Source of the DNA: Actinomycetota bacterium
GTDB lineage: Bacteria; Actinomycetota; Thermoleophilia; Gaiellales; Gaiellaceae
Assembly: GCA_046724565.1 (NCBI GenBank)
Contig: JBKOWS010000055.1
Location: forward strand, 34,051 to 98,050
DNA length: 64,000 bases
Direction of reading: 5' to 3'
Shown here: positions 1 through 8,404 of the stretch, piece after piece
Layout: the number at the start of each line of letters is the position of its first letter
Position numbering within the stretch: the first letter of the stretch is position 1
The notes under the pieces: generated by a model
The model's input: only the letters and a program-made list of their open reading frames with translations
What the model was told of the DNA's origin: nothing
Databases searched by the model: none
Position numbers and translations under genes: made by a program

Positions 1-357
1 GCTGCCTCGACGCTGCGCCTGCTGGCGCTCCCCGACCCGCCGACGGCCATCTTCGCCGTCAACAACATTGCCGTCGTCGGCGTTGTCGAGGCCGCACGGC
101 AACAGAAGCTCGAGATCCCCCGCGACCTTGCCCTCGTCTGCTTCGACGACATCGAGCACGTCTCGCGCCTCTATCCCTTCCTGACGGTCATGGCACAGCC
201 CGCTGAGACGTACGGCACGATCGCGACGCAACTCCTGCTCGACCGGCTCAGCGGTCGCATCGCCCAGCAACGACGTCGCGTCGTTGTGCTCCCGGCAGAT
301 CTCATCGTCCGCGAGTCGAGCGGCGCGTTCCTTGCCTCGGAGCCGGAGCCCGCGTGA
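1..357 (+). CDS. LacI/PurR-family transcriptional regulator, C-terminal effector-binding part (5' end outside window)
   Basis: Frame 1 is open from base 1 to TGA 355-357 and reads ...AIFAVNNIAVVGVVEAARQQKLEIPRDLALVCFDDIEHVSRLYPFLTVMAQP..., typical of the LacI-family sugar-binding subdomain. It is absent from the ORF track because it has no start codon in the window. Confidence 0.75.
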   Translation, partial: AASTLRLLALPDPPTAIFAVNNIAVVGVVEAARQQKLEIPRDLALVCFDDIEHVSRLYPFLTVMAQPAETYGTIATQLLLDRLSGRIAQQRRRVVVLPADLIVRESSGAFLASEPEPA

Positions 358-384
358 CCGTCGCTCGCCTTCGGCTCGCTCCCC

Positions 385-407
385 TGGGGGAAACCATGTT
401 TCCCCCA
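385..407. promoter_or_regulatory. Perfect 10-3-10 inverted repeat TGGGGGAAAC-CAT-GTTTCCCCCA; candidate LacI-type operator (or hairpin after the LacI gene)
   Basis: Read directly from the sequence. It lies between the LacI-family stop (357) and the ROK kinase start (500). The GGAAAC..GTTTCC core resembles LacI-family operators. Confidence 0.45.
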
Positions 408-499
408 CGAGCCCCCTTCTTAGACGGACAGCCGGTGGAACCTCCCGGTTCCCGCGGCCACCACGCCCCTTCCCCCGCTCATTGGGCAAAGGTCGCCCA

Positions 500-1372
500 A
501 TGAGCTACGGCGGGGTCGAGGCGGGTGGGACCAAGTGGGTGTGCGCGATCGGCACCGGGCCCGACGATCTGCGCGAGGTCGTCACCTTCCCGACCACGAC
601 GCCCGAGGAGACGATCAAACGCGCCGGGGAGTTCTTCACGAGCGACGGCTCCGTGGCCGCAGTGGGCATCGGCTCGTTCGGGCCGATCGACCTCCGCTTG
701 GACTCGCCGACCTGGGGCCGGATCACGACGACGCCGAAACCAGGCTGGACGAGCATCGACATCGCCTCGGCACTGGGCGAAATCCTCCACGTTCCCGTCG
801 CCGTCGACACCGATGTCAACGCGGCCGCGCTCGGCGAGCACCGCTGGGGGGCCGCCGTCGGTCTCGACACCTTCTGCTACATCACGGTCGGAACGGGGAT
901 CGGCGGGGGAGGGATGGCGAACGGCCGCCTCATGCACGGGCTGCAACACCCGGAGTTCGGGCACATGCGCATCCCGCACGACCGCGAGCGGGATCCCTTC
1001 GACGGCGTTTGCCCCTACCACGGCGACTGCCTCGAAGGGCTGGCGTCGGGAGAGGCGATTCGCTCGCGCTGGGGCTTCGCGCCAGAGGACACCTCCGACG
1101 AGCGAGTCTGGTCACTCGAAGCCGATTATCTCGCCCTCGGACTGGTGAACGCGATCACCATGCTCTCGCCGCAGCGCATCGTGCTCGGCGGCGGCGTGAT
1201 GAAGCAGCCTCGATTGCTGTCGCTCGTCCGCGCCCGCGTTCGCAGCCTGCTGGCCGGCTACATCGACGTGCACGAGCTCGACGGCGATCTGTCGGAGTAC
1301 ATCGTCAGCCCCGTTCTGGGCGACCGGGCCGGCGTTCTGGGCTCGCTCGAGCTCGCACGCGGCTCCGTCTGA
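500..1372 (+). CDS. ROK-family sugar kinase (fructokinase/Mak-like)
   Basis: Internal ATG of ORF 284..1372. MSYGGVEAGGTKWVCAIG N-terminal ATP motif, DTDVNAAALGE, and the ROK zinc motif CPYHGDCLEG. Confidence 0.85.
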   Translation: MSYGGVEAGGTKWVCAIGTGPDDLREVVTFPTTTPEETIKRAGEFFTSDGSVAAVGIGSFGPIDLRLDSPTWGRITTTPKPGWTSIDIASALGEILHVPVAVDTDVNAAALGEHRWGAAVGLDTFCYITVGTGIGGGGMANGRLMHGLQHPEFGHMRIPHDRERDPFDGVCPYHGDCLEGLASGEAIRSRWGFAPEDTSDERVWSLEADYLALGLVNAITMLSPQRIVLGGGVMKQPRLLSLVRARVRSLLAGYIDVHELDGDLSEYIVSPVLGDRAGVLGSLELARGSV

Positions 1373-1418
1373 AGCCGACTCTCGGCGCCCGTGCCCAGCC
1401 TGGTCTTCCCGCGCTACC

Positions 1419-1877
1419 GTGGCCGAATTGAGCACACAGCGTGACCACATCAAGAAGCGTGACCACCTGAAGAAGGAGTACGCGACCGACGAGATCGTGG
1501 TCGAGTGGGAGCCACGCCTGTGCTTTCACTCCCAGCATTGCGTACGCGCGCTCCCGCAGGTCTTCGACGACAGCCGGCGGCCCTGGGTGAAGATGGACGC
1601 GGCGACTGCCGACGAGGTGGAGGCCGCAGTGGCGCTCTGTCCTTCGGGTGCTCTGAGGACGCGCAGGGTCGGTGCCGAGCCTGCGCGCCTCTCGCGGAGG
1701 CTCGAGCTGCGGGCGTCGGAGAACGGACCGCTCCTCGTCTCGGGTGGCGTACGCATCCTCGACGGCGAGGGGACCGTCCTGTACGAGGGAGAACGCGCGG
1801 CACTCTGCCGCTGCGGAGGCTCGAGCAACAAGCCGTTCTGCGACGGGACGCATAAGACGAACGGCTTCCGTGGCTGA
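1419..1877 (+). CDS. Iron-sulfur protein: divergent 4Fe-4S mono-cluster domain fused to a CDGSH-type domain
   Basis: GTG start. EWEPRLCFHSQHCVRALPQVF...CPSGAL in the N-terminal half; CRCGGSSNKPFCDGTHK (CDGSH signature) in the C-terminal half. Confidence 0.75.
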   Translation: MAELSTQRDHIKKRDHLKKEYATDEIVVEWEPRLCFHSQHCVRALPQVFDDSRRPWVKMDAATADEVEAAVALCPSGALRTRRVGAEPARLSRRLELRASENGPLLVSGGVRILDGEGTVLYEGERAALCRCGGSSNKPFCDGTHKTNGFRG

Positions 1878-2538
1878 CGACGTCCTGACTCTCTACCAGG
1901 CGGAGTGGTGCCCTTTCTCCTCGGCGGTACGGGAAGTGCTGACCGAGCTGGGGCTCGACTTCAGGGCTCGCCAGGTCGAGCCGTGGCCGGAGCAACGCAC
2001 TGAGCTCCACCGCGTCGCCGGCACCGACCAGATTCCCGTGCTGAGGACCGAGGACGGCGCGCTGTACCGCGGCACCCGCCAGATCTTCGCGCACCTGCGA
2101 GAGCGCGACCCGTGGAAGTTCGCCGCTCTGCATCGGCGCCGCTTCGCCGACCATCACGACGCCCGCGCGTCGGATGCACCCGGCCAGCTAGTCGAGTACT
2201 TCCGCGGGACGGACGAGCTCGAGGCCGCCGACGGTGCGGCCGCGGAGGCGGAGGTCGTCGACGTCCCGGAGGCAAAGCGGTACGAGCTCCGGCTTGACGG
2301 ACGTCTCGCGGGGATTGCGGCCTACCACCGGCGGAACAACCGGATCGCGTTTACGCACACGGAGGTGGACGAATCCTGCGAGGGACGTGGCCTGGGCAGT
2401 CGGCTCGCCGCCGCAGCTCTCGAGGACGCATCGCGCAAGGGCCTCGAGGTCGTTCCTCTCTGTCCCTTCATCGCGCACTACATCGACCGCCACCCCGAAT
2501 ACGAGAACATCGTCGCCCGGGGCTATCGCGACCGGTGA
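1870..2538 (+). CDS. Glutaredoxin/GST-N-like domain fused to a YjdJ-type GNAT-like domain
   Basis: GTG 1870 overlaps the upstream stop by 8 nt. LTLYQAEWCPFSSAVREVL...IPVL thioredoxin fold, then RYELRLDGRLAGIAAYHRRNNRIAFTHTEVDESCEGRGLGSRL...CPFIAHYI. The first 66 codons of ORF 1672..2538 overlap the upstream gene and are not coding. Confidence 0.7.
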   Translation: MADDVLTLYQAEWCPFSSAVREVLTELGLDFRARQVEPWPEQRTELHRVAGTDQIPVLRTEDGALYRGTRQIFAHLRERDPWKFAALHRRRFADHHDARASDAPGQLVEYFRGTDELEAADGAAAEAEVVDVPEAKRYELRLDGRLAGIAAYHRRNNRIAFTHTEVDESCEGRGLGSRLAAAALEDASRKGLEVVPLCPFIAHYIDRHPEYENIVARGYRDR

Positions 2539-2550
2539 TCCGCCCCCGAG

Positions 2551-2577
2551 GAGTTAGTGGCTCTGAGCCACTAACTC
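2551..2577. promoter_or_regulatory. 27-bp perfect palindrome GAGTTAGTGGCTC-T-GAGCCACTAACTC
   Basis: Read directly. It lies 13 nt after the upstream stop and 18 nt before ATG 2595 of the ABC exporter. No U-tract follows. Confidence 0.4.
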
Positions 2578-2594
2578 GGCGTACCCTGACCCGG

Positions 2595-4433
2595 ATGGGC
2601 ATGTTCTTCCACTCTGCTGAGGCGCCGCCGGAACGGCCGGCGGATCCTGCCAAGCGTCGCGCGAATCTCCGCCGCATCGGACGGCTGTTCGTCCCATACA
2701 AGCTGAGGCTCGGCGGCGTCCTGACCCTCATCGTCGTCGCGGCGGGGCTCGGCGTCGTGCCGGCCTTCCTGCTGAAGCACGTCCTCGAGGCAATCGGGCG
2801 TAACGACACCAGGTCGCTGTCCCTCAACGCCGGCGGGATGATCGCGATCGCGATCGCGACCGGTGTGCTCGGCGTGATCCAGACCCTGCTCTCCAATCAG
2901 GTCGGACAGCGCGTGATGCACGACCTGCGCGCTGCCGTCTTCCGTCACCTGCAGCGTCTCTCGCTCGCATTCTTCACGCGCACTCGCACCGGCGAGGTGC
3001 AGTCGCGGATCTCGAACGACATCGGCGGCGTGCAGAACGTAGTCACGAACACGGCGACGTCCATCGCCTCGAACGTGACGACCGTCGTCGCGACCATGAT
3101 CGGCATGCTGCTCCTCAGCTGGCAGCTGGCGCTCTTCGCATTTGCGCTGATCCCGATCTTCGCCGTGCTGACCCGACGGGTCGGCAATGAGCGGCGGCGG
3201 ATCGCGAAGACGACGCAGGAGACGCTCGCGGACATCTCGAGCCTGGTGCAGGAGTCTCTCTCGGTCTCGGGGATCTTGCTCGGGAAGACGATGGGACGCG
3301 GGAACGAGCTCGCCGACCGCTTCGAAGCCGACTCGCTGCGTCTGGCCGACCTCGAGGTGCGCCAGCGGATGGCTGGACGCTGGGTGATGGCGTCGATCCA
3401 GACGAGCTTCGCCGTCATGCCGGCGGCGGTCTACTGGTTCGGCGGCCTCCTGCTGGCTCACGGATCGAACACCATTTCGATCCCGGAGCTCGTGGCGTTC
3501 ACGACCCTGCAGACGCGGCTGTTCTTCCCGGTCGGATCGCTCCTGGGTGTCGGCCTCGACGTGCAGACGTCCCTGGCGCTGTTCGACCGGATCTTCGAGT
3601 ATCTCGACCAGCCGATCGACATCGAGGAGAAGCCGGATGCGCTCACCGTTGGCCAGGCCGGCGACGTCGTGTTCGACCGCGTCTGGTTCCGCTACGGGGA
3701 GGAGTGGACCCTTCAGGGCGTCTCCTTCACCGTCAAAGCGGGAACGACGACCGCGCTCGTCGGGGAGACTGGCTCCGGGAAGACGACGCTCGGTTACCTG
3801 GCGGCGCGTCTCTACGACGTGAGCCGCGGCAGCGTCACAATCGGTGGGATCGACATCCGTGACCTGACCTTCCAGGCGCTGTCCGATCTCGTCGGCGTCG
3901 TCTCGCAGGAGACGTATCTCTTCCACGAGTCGGTGCGCGAGAACCTCCGGTTCGCGAAGCCGGACGCGACCGACGAGGAGATCGAGGCGGCGGCCAAGGC
4001 CGCGAGGATCCACGACATGATCGCGGCACTTCCGGACGGCTACGAGACGGTCGTCGGCGAACGCGGCTATCGGTTCTCGGGCGGCGAGAAGCAGCGGATC
4101 GCGATCGCCCGCACCATCCTGCGGAACCCGCCGATCCTCGTCCTCGACGAGGCGACCAGCTCGCTCGACACCGAAACCGAGCGGCTCGTGCAAGAGGCGC
4201 TCGACCGGCTTTCCTCCGGGCGAACGACGATCGCGATCGCCCACCGGCTCTCGACGGTGCGCGACGCGGACCAGATCATCGTGCTCGACCACGGCCGTCT
4301 GGTCGAGTCCGGTCGGCACGAGGATCTGATCAGAGCAGGCGGCCGCTACGCGACGCTCGCGGCCCGCGATGCCGAGCTCGTCGACACGGCTGTTGGCCCT
4401 GACGAGGTCGCCGCGCTCGCGCCCGCGAGCTGA
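2595..4433 (+). CDS. ABC exporter, fused permease/ATPase (MsbA/multidrug type)
   Basis: Six-TM N-terminal half. Walker A GETGSGKTT, signature FSGGEKQRIAIAR, Walker B ILVLDEATS. Alternative coupled start at GTG 2535. Confidence 0.9.
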   Translation: MGMFFHSAEAPPERPADPAKRRANLRRIGRLFVPYKLRLGGVLTLIVVAAGLGVVPAFLLKHVLEAIGRNDTRSLSLNAGGMIAIAIATGVLGVIQTLLSNQVGQRVMHDLRAAVFRHLQRLSLAFFTRTRTGEVQSRISNDIGGVQNVVTNTATSIASNVTTVVATMIGMLLLSWQLALFAFALIPIFAVLTRRVGNERRRIAKTTQETLADISSLVQESLSVSGILLGKTMGRGNELADRFEADSLRLADLEVRQRMAGRWVMASIQTSFAVMPAAVYWFGGLLLAHGSNTISIPELVAFTTLQTRLFFPVGSLLGVGLDVQTSLALFDRIFEYLDQPIDIEEKPDALTVGQAGDVVFDRVWFRYGEEWTLQGVSFTVKAGTTTALVGETGSGKTTLGYLAARLYDVSRGSVTIGGIDIRDLTFQALSDLVGVVSQETYLFHESVRENLRFAKPDATDEEIEAAAKAARIHDMIAALPDGYETVVGERGYRFSGGEKQRIAIARTILRNPPILVLDEATSSLDTETERLVQEALDRLSSGRTTIAIAHRLSTVRDADQIIVLDHGRLVESGRHEDLIRAGGRYATLAARDAELVDTAVGPDEVAALAPAS

Positions 4434-4437
4434 TCCG

Positions 4438-4986
4438 ATGGTTCCGGAAGCGCGCCTCGAAGAGCAGGACGCCGGCCTCACACCGGTCACCGACGGCTGG
4501 TTCGTGGTCAGCGTCCCCGAGGCCGCGTGGGTCACGAGCGAGGTGCTCGGCGACGCCTGCGTGTTCGAAGGAGACGAGGTGTCGTTTCCCGATCTCGGCT
4601 TCACGATCGCAGTCCTGCAGCCGGGACAGGCCGGCGGCAGGTATCACCGCGAGGCGAACCAGGAGAACTTCCTCGTGCTCGAGGGGGAGTGCGTGCTGGT
4701 GATCGAGGAGGAGGAGCGACGCCTGAAGCGTTGGGACTTCGTGCATTGCCCGCCGGACACCGAGCACGGTTTCGTCGGCGCGGGCAGCGGTCCGTGCGTG
4801 ATCTTTATGGCCGGTGCACGCCAGGGCTGGCCGGAGAAGGGCATCCTCTATCCCCGCTCCGACCTGGCGCTGCGCCACGGTATTGGCGTCGAGGAAGAGA
4901 CAACGCTTCCGGCCGAGGCGTACCCACCTTTCTCGAAGTGGCAGGCCGGCCGCCCGAAGACCTGGGCCGGCCTCCCCTGGGCCTAG
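4438..4986 (+). CDS. Cupin-domain protein
   Basis: Internal ATG of ORF 4369..4986. GRYHREANQENFLVLEGECVLVIEEEERRLKRWDFVHCPPDTEHGF beta-barrel motif. Confidence 0.7.
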   Translation: MVPEARLEEQDAGLTPVTDGWFVVSVPEAAWVTSEVLGDACVFEGDEVSFPDLGFTIAVLQPGQAGGRYHREANQENFLVLEGECVLVIEEEERRLKRWDFVHCPPDTEHGFVGAGSGPCVIFMAGARQGWPEKGILYPRSDLALRHGIGVEEETTLPAEAYPPFSKWQAGRPKTWAGLPWA

Positions 4987-4993
4987 ATCTCGC

Positions 4994-5575
4994 TCAGACG
5001 TGCGCGAGCACGCCGCTCAGCGGGTGCGGGATGTCATCCAGGTCCAGCGCCTCGACCAGGAGACGTGCGTACCGGATCTTGCGGCTGCCGCCGCTTCCCA
5101 TGAAGCGGCGAAGCTGTTCCGCGGTCGTGCGTCCTCGCCACTCGGGTTGTTTCTGCAATGTGCGGAAGGATCCAAGCTCTCCCTCTGCGTCGACGACCCG
5201 CTCGACTGACTCGACACCGAGCGCGCGGATCAGCTCGTCTTCCAGGTCGAGCATGCATACGTAGAAACCGAGGCGCTCGAGGTCCGTGCGGGTGACATTG
5301 ATGCCGAGGCCCGCACGCTCGAGTCCGCGCCGGAAGTCCTTCTCCTCGGCTGCGTCGCAGAGGCCCGCCAATCTGACGCCTAGCCCCCCGCGGCCGAACT
5401 GATTCAGAAATCTCCCGATCGCCTGCGCGCCGCCCATCGGCACGACCCGTACGCCTTCGCCTTCGAAGTCCCGTCCGCGCCGCACGGCCAGGGTCTCGAG
5501 AGCGAGCTGGTCGCTGATCCCTTCGACGAGCACCACGGCACGCGTCCGGCTGTCTGTTGTGGCGGGTGTTTGCAC
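4994..5575 (-). CDS. Stand-alone Toprim (OLD-family nuclease-like) domain protein
   Basis: AVVLVEGISDQLALE (Toprim Glu) ... VVPMGGAQ ... FYVCMLDLEDELI (acidic cluster). The start is uncertain: GTG 5575 is preferred, and the ORF extends to 5737 with an R/S-rich, non-protein-like N-terminus. Confidence 0.65.
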   Translation of the reverse strand: MQTPATTDSRTRAVVLVEGISDQLALETLAVRRGRDFEGEGVRVVPMGGAQAIGRFLNQFGRGGLGVRLAGLCDAAEEKDFRRGLERAGLGINVTRTDLERLGFYVCMLDLEDELIRALGVESVERVVDAEGELGSFRTLQKQPEWRGRTTAEQLRRFMGSGGSRKIRYARLLVEALDLDDIPHPLSGVLAHV

Positions 5576-5639
5576 GACGACATTGTTGCTGTGACGGTTG
5601 AGAGGGCCGCGGCTGACGGCCCTCTCCTCGTTGCGACCT

Positions 5640-6176
5640 TTACGGGCCGTAGCCCCCGCCTCCGCTGGAAGGAGGCGTCTGCTTTTCGATCTTCGATCCG
5701 GCCGGCGAAACGACGTTCCACACCGCGCCGAATGCATTCACGCCCTCGCCGTTCGTCTGGCCCTTGGCCTTGTCCTTGGCGAACATGTAGAGGGGATGGT
5801 GGTTGTACGTCACCTGGAGGCGTCCGTCCGAGCGCTTCGTCGTGCCGATGAGCGAAGCCCTGGCACCGCTCATGACGCGTGGCTTCCCACGGGTGATCAG
5901 CGGAGGCCAGAAGGCCGCGCACTGACCGGTGCACGTGCTTTTCCCCTTTCGGTCCTTCCCGAAGAGATAAAGGGTGCGGCCGCTCGAGTTCACGAGGACT
6001 CGCCCGAGGCTCGTCTTCGCGGTCGAGACGGTCGCCCCGTTGCTCCCTGCGGCATTCAGTGCGGGCGGGTGCAGCACGAAGATCGCCGCTGCGATCGCCG
6101 CAAGAATCGCGGCCGCCGCGATCAGCCGCGAGCCCGGTGCCTCAAGCGCAGCGCTCAACGAGTGTTTGGTTCGCAT
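5640..6176 (-). CDS. Secreted/anchored protein of the Yx(FWY)xxD-motif lipoprotein-like family (COG4315-like)
   Basis: MRTKHSLSAALEAPGSRLIAAAAILAAIAAAIFVL anchor; repeated motifs LYLFGKD and LYMFAKD; CTGQCAAFWPP. Confidence 0.7.
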   Translation of the reverse strand: MRTKHSLSAALEAPGSRLIAAAAILAAIAAAIFVLHPPALNAAGSNGATVSTAKTSLGRVLVNSSGRTLYLFGKDRKGKSTCTGQCAAFWPPLITRGKPRVMSGARASLIGTTKRSDGRLQVTYNHHPLYMFAKDKAKGQTNGEGVNAFGAVWNVVSPAGSKIEKQTPPSSGGGGYGP

Positions 6177-6340
6177 TGCTTTCCTCCTTTTGGATGAGTT
6201 ACGTCCTTCGAGGACCATGGAGGTCTAGAGCCGGGCGGGCATTGCGGGCACCGCGAAACGGCGATTCCGGCTACCTGGAAGCGCGTCTTTCAGGTGGGCC
6301 GCCGCGCTTTCGCCAGGGCTCGCAACGTAGCCTGCAGCCG

Positions 6341-8251
6341 ATGTCGGTGAACCAGGTCGCGCGGCCCTCACCGTTCTCGGGGCGAACGGCCTGGGCGCGG
6401 AGCGCTCAGACGCCGCTTCGCAACTTCCTCCGGACCGAGACGGGTGGGGCCGCTGTGTTGCTCGCGGCGACGATCGCCGCCCTTGCCTGGGCGAACATCG
6501 ACTCGGCCTCCTACCACCGAGTCTGGACGACGATACTGTCGATCCAGTTCGGCAGCGCAGGCATCGCTCTCGACCTTCGCGGCTGGGTCAACAGCGGTCT
6601 GATGACGATCTTCTTCCTGGTCGTCGGGCTCGAGGCGCGTCGCGAGTTCGATCTCGGCGAGCTGCGCGAGCGGCGGCGATTCGCGCTGCCGTTGCTGGCA
6701 GGTCTGGCGGGTATGGGCGCTGCGATCGGCGTCTACCTCGCCTTCAACGGCGGCCGCTCCTCGGCCGGGGGCTGGGGGATCGCAATGTCGACCGACACGG
6801 CCTTCGCGCTCGGACTGCTCGCTCTCGTCGGACCGCGTTTTCCCGACCGCCTGCGCGCCTTCATGCTGACGATCCTCGTCGTTGACGACATCGCCTCGGT
6901 CATCGTCATCTCGACCGCGTACACGAAGACGCTCCATGTCGTGCCGCTGCTGGTCGCAGCGGCCTTCTTCGCAGCGATCCTGGTCGCCCGCCGGCTGAGA
7001 GTCCCGGCCGGAGTCTCGCTTGTGACTCTGGGGACCGCGGCCTGGGTAGCCCTGCTGAAATCCGGTGTCGAGCCGATCGTGATCGGTCTCGCCTTTGGTC
7101 TCGTGACGTACGCCTTCCCGGCGCCGCGATCCAGCCTCGAACAGGTGAGCGAGCGGTTCCGCGAGTTCCGCGAGCAGCCAACTGCGGAACTAGCACAGGT
7201 CGCCCGGAGCGAGCTCAGGTCGGCGACGTCGGCGAACGAGCGGCTTCAGCAGGTCTTCCATCCCTGGACGAGCTACGTGATCGTCCCGATCTTCGCCGTC
7301 GCCAACGCCGGCATCGCCATCGACTCGGCGCTCCTGGGCACTGCGTTCTCGTCCCCGATCACCCTCGGGATCCTGCTCGGATACGTGGTCGGCAAGCCCG
7401 TCGGAATCCTCGGGAGCACGTGGCTGCTGACGCGGCTCAGCGGTGGACGGCTGCGCCCGCCGGTTGGCTGGGCCGCGGTCGCGGGCGCGGGCACGATCGC
7501 CGGTGTCGGTTTCACGATCGCGCTGCTGGTCGCGACGCTCGCGTTCGACGGGCAGCAGCTGGCGGAGGCGAAGATCGGGATCCTCAGCGCGGCGCTCGGC
7601 GCATCGCTGCTCACCTGGTTGCTCTTCCGCGCCACGGCGCTGCTCCCGCGCAGGCTGCGCATCCGCAGCCTGCTCGGTACCTCAGAGCCGCTCGTCGACC
7701 TGTACATCGACGTCGATCCCGAGCGGGATCACTACCGGGGGCCGGTCGATGCGCCGGTCACGATGGTGGAGTACGGAGACTTCGAATGTCCGTACTGCGG
7801 CCGCGCTGAGCCCGTGGTGCGTGAGCTCCTGCAGGAGTTCGGCGACGTGCGTTACGTCTGGCGACACTTACCGCTGAGCGACGTCCATCCCAATGCGCGG
7901 CTGGCCGCGGAAGCGGCAGAGGCTGCGGCGAATCAGGGTGCGTTCTGGGAAATGCACGACCTCCTCTTCCAGCATCAGGACGCCCTGGGCCCAGAGGATC
8001 TCGTCGGCTACGCCGGGCAGTTGGGTCTCGATACCGACCGCTTCGCCGACGATCTGCGTAAGCACGCGGGTTCCGCGCGCGTCGCGGACGACATCGACAG
8101 CGCCGATCTGAGCGGCGTCTCCGGGACGCCGACGTTCTTCATCAACGGCATGCGCCATTACGGCGCGTATGACATCGAGGCGCTCTCGGCGGCGGTGCAC
8201 GCGGCGGGAGCGCGGGCATTGCTGACCAGAGCGCCGGCCCCGGGCGAGTAG
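6341..8251 (+). CDS. nhaA: Na+/H+ antiporter NhaA fused to a C-terminal DsbA/thioredoxin-like domain
   Basis: ATG 6341 inside ORF 6059..8251. NhaA core (FFLVVGLEARRE, AMSTDTAFALG, VVDDIASVIVI), then VTMVEYGDFECPYCGRAEP...GTPTFFING. Confidence 0.85.
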   Translation: MSVNQVARPSPFSGRTAWARSAQTPLRNFLRTETGGAAVLLAATIAALAWANIDSASYHRVWTTILSIQFGSAGIALDLRGWVNSGLMTIFFLVVGLEARREFDLGELRERRRFALPLLAGLAGMGAAIGVYLAFNGGRSSAGGWGIAMSTDTAFALGLLALVGPRFPDRLRAFMLTILVVDDIASVIVISTAYTKTLHVVPLLVAAAFFAAILVARRLRVPAGVSLVTLGTAAWVALLKSGVEPIVIGLAFGLVTYAFPAPRSSLEQVSERFREFREQPTAELAQVARSELRSATSANERLQQVFHPWTSYVIVPIFAVANAGIAIDSALLGTAFSSPITLGILLGYVVGKPVGILGSTWLLTRLSGGRLRPPVGWAAVAGAGTIAGVGFTIALLVATLAFDGQQLAEAKIGILSAALGASLLTWLLFRATALLPRRLRIRSLLGTSEPLVDLYIDVDPERDHYRGPVDAPVTMVEYGDFECPYCGRAEPVVRELLQEFGDVRYVWRHLPLSDVHPNARLAAEAAEAAANQGAFWEMHDLLFQHQDALGPEDLVGYAGQLGLDTDRFADDLRKHAGSARVADDIDSADLSGVSGTPTFFINGMRHYGAYDIEALSAAVHAAGARALLTRAPAPGE

Positions 8252-8404
8252 CCCTCGCACTCCTGCGTTCCAAGGATCGTCGGCTTCGAGTCAGCCGGAA
8301 TCGCCGCTGCCTGCCAGCCGGGAGTGCCGAGTGGCGCTGGCCGGGATGCCCAGCCACTCTCCGGGAGGCCAACGTTGCTGGTGAAAGCAGGTGCAGCTTC
8401 ACAG

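Noticed and set aside
1672-1869. Upstream 66 codons of ORF 1672..2538
   Set aside because: They overlap the CDGSH protein gene in another frame and are Arg/Ser-rich. GTG 1870 gives a sensible glutaredoxin-like N-terminus with a short coupled overlap.
2571-4604. 677-aa ORF on the minus strand
   Set aside because: It is entirely antisense to the well-supported ABC exporter. The translation is R/D/G/E-rich with no recognisable motif, a typical shadow ORF of a 70% GC genome.
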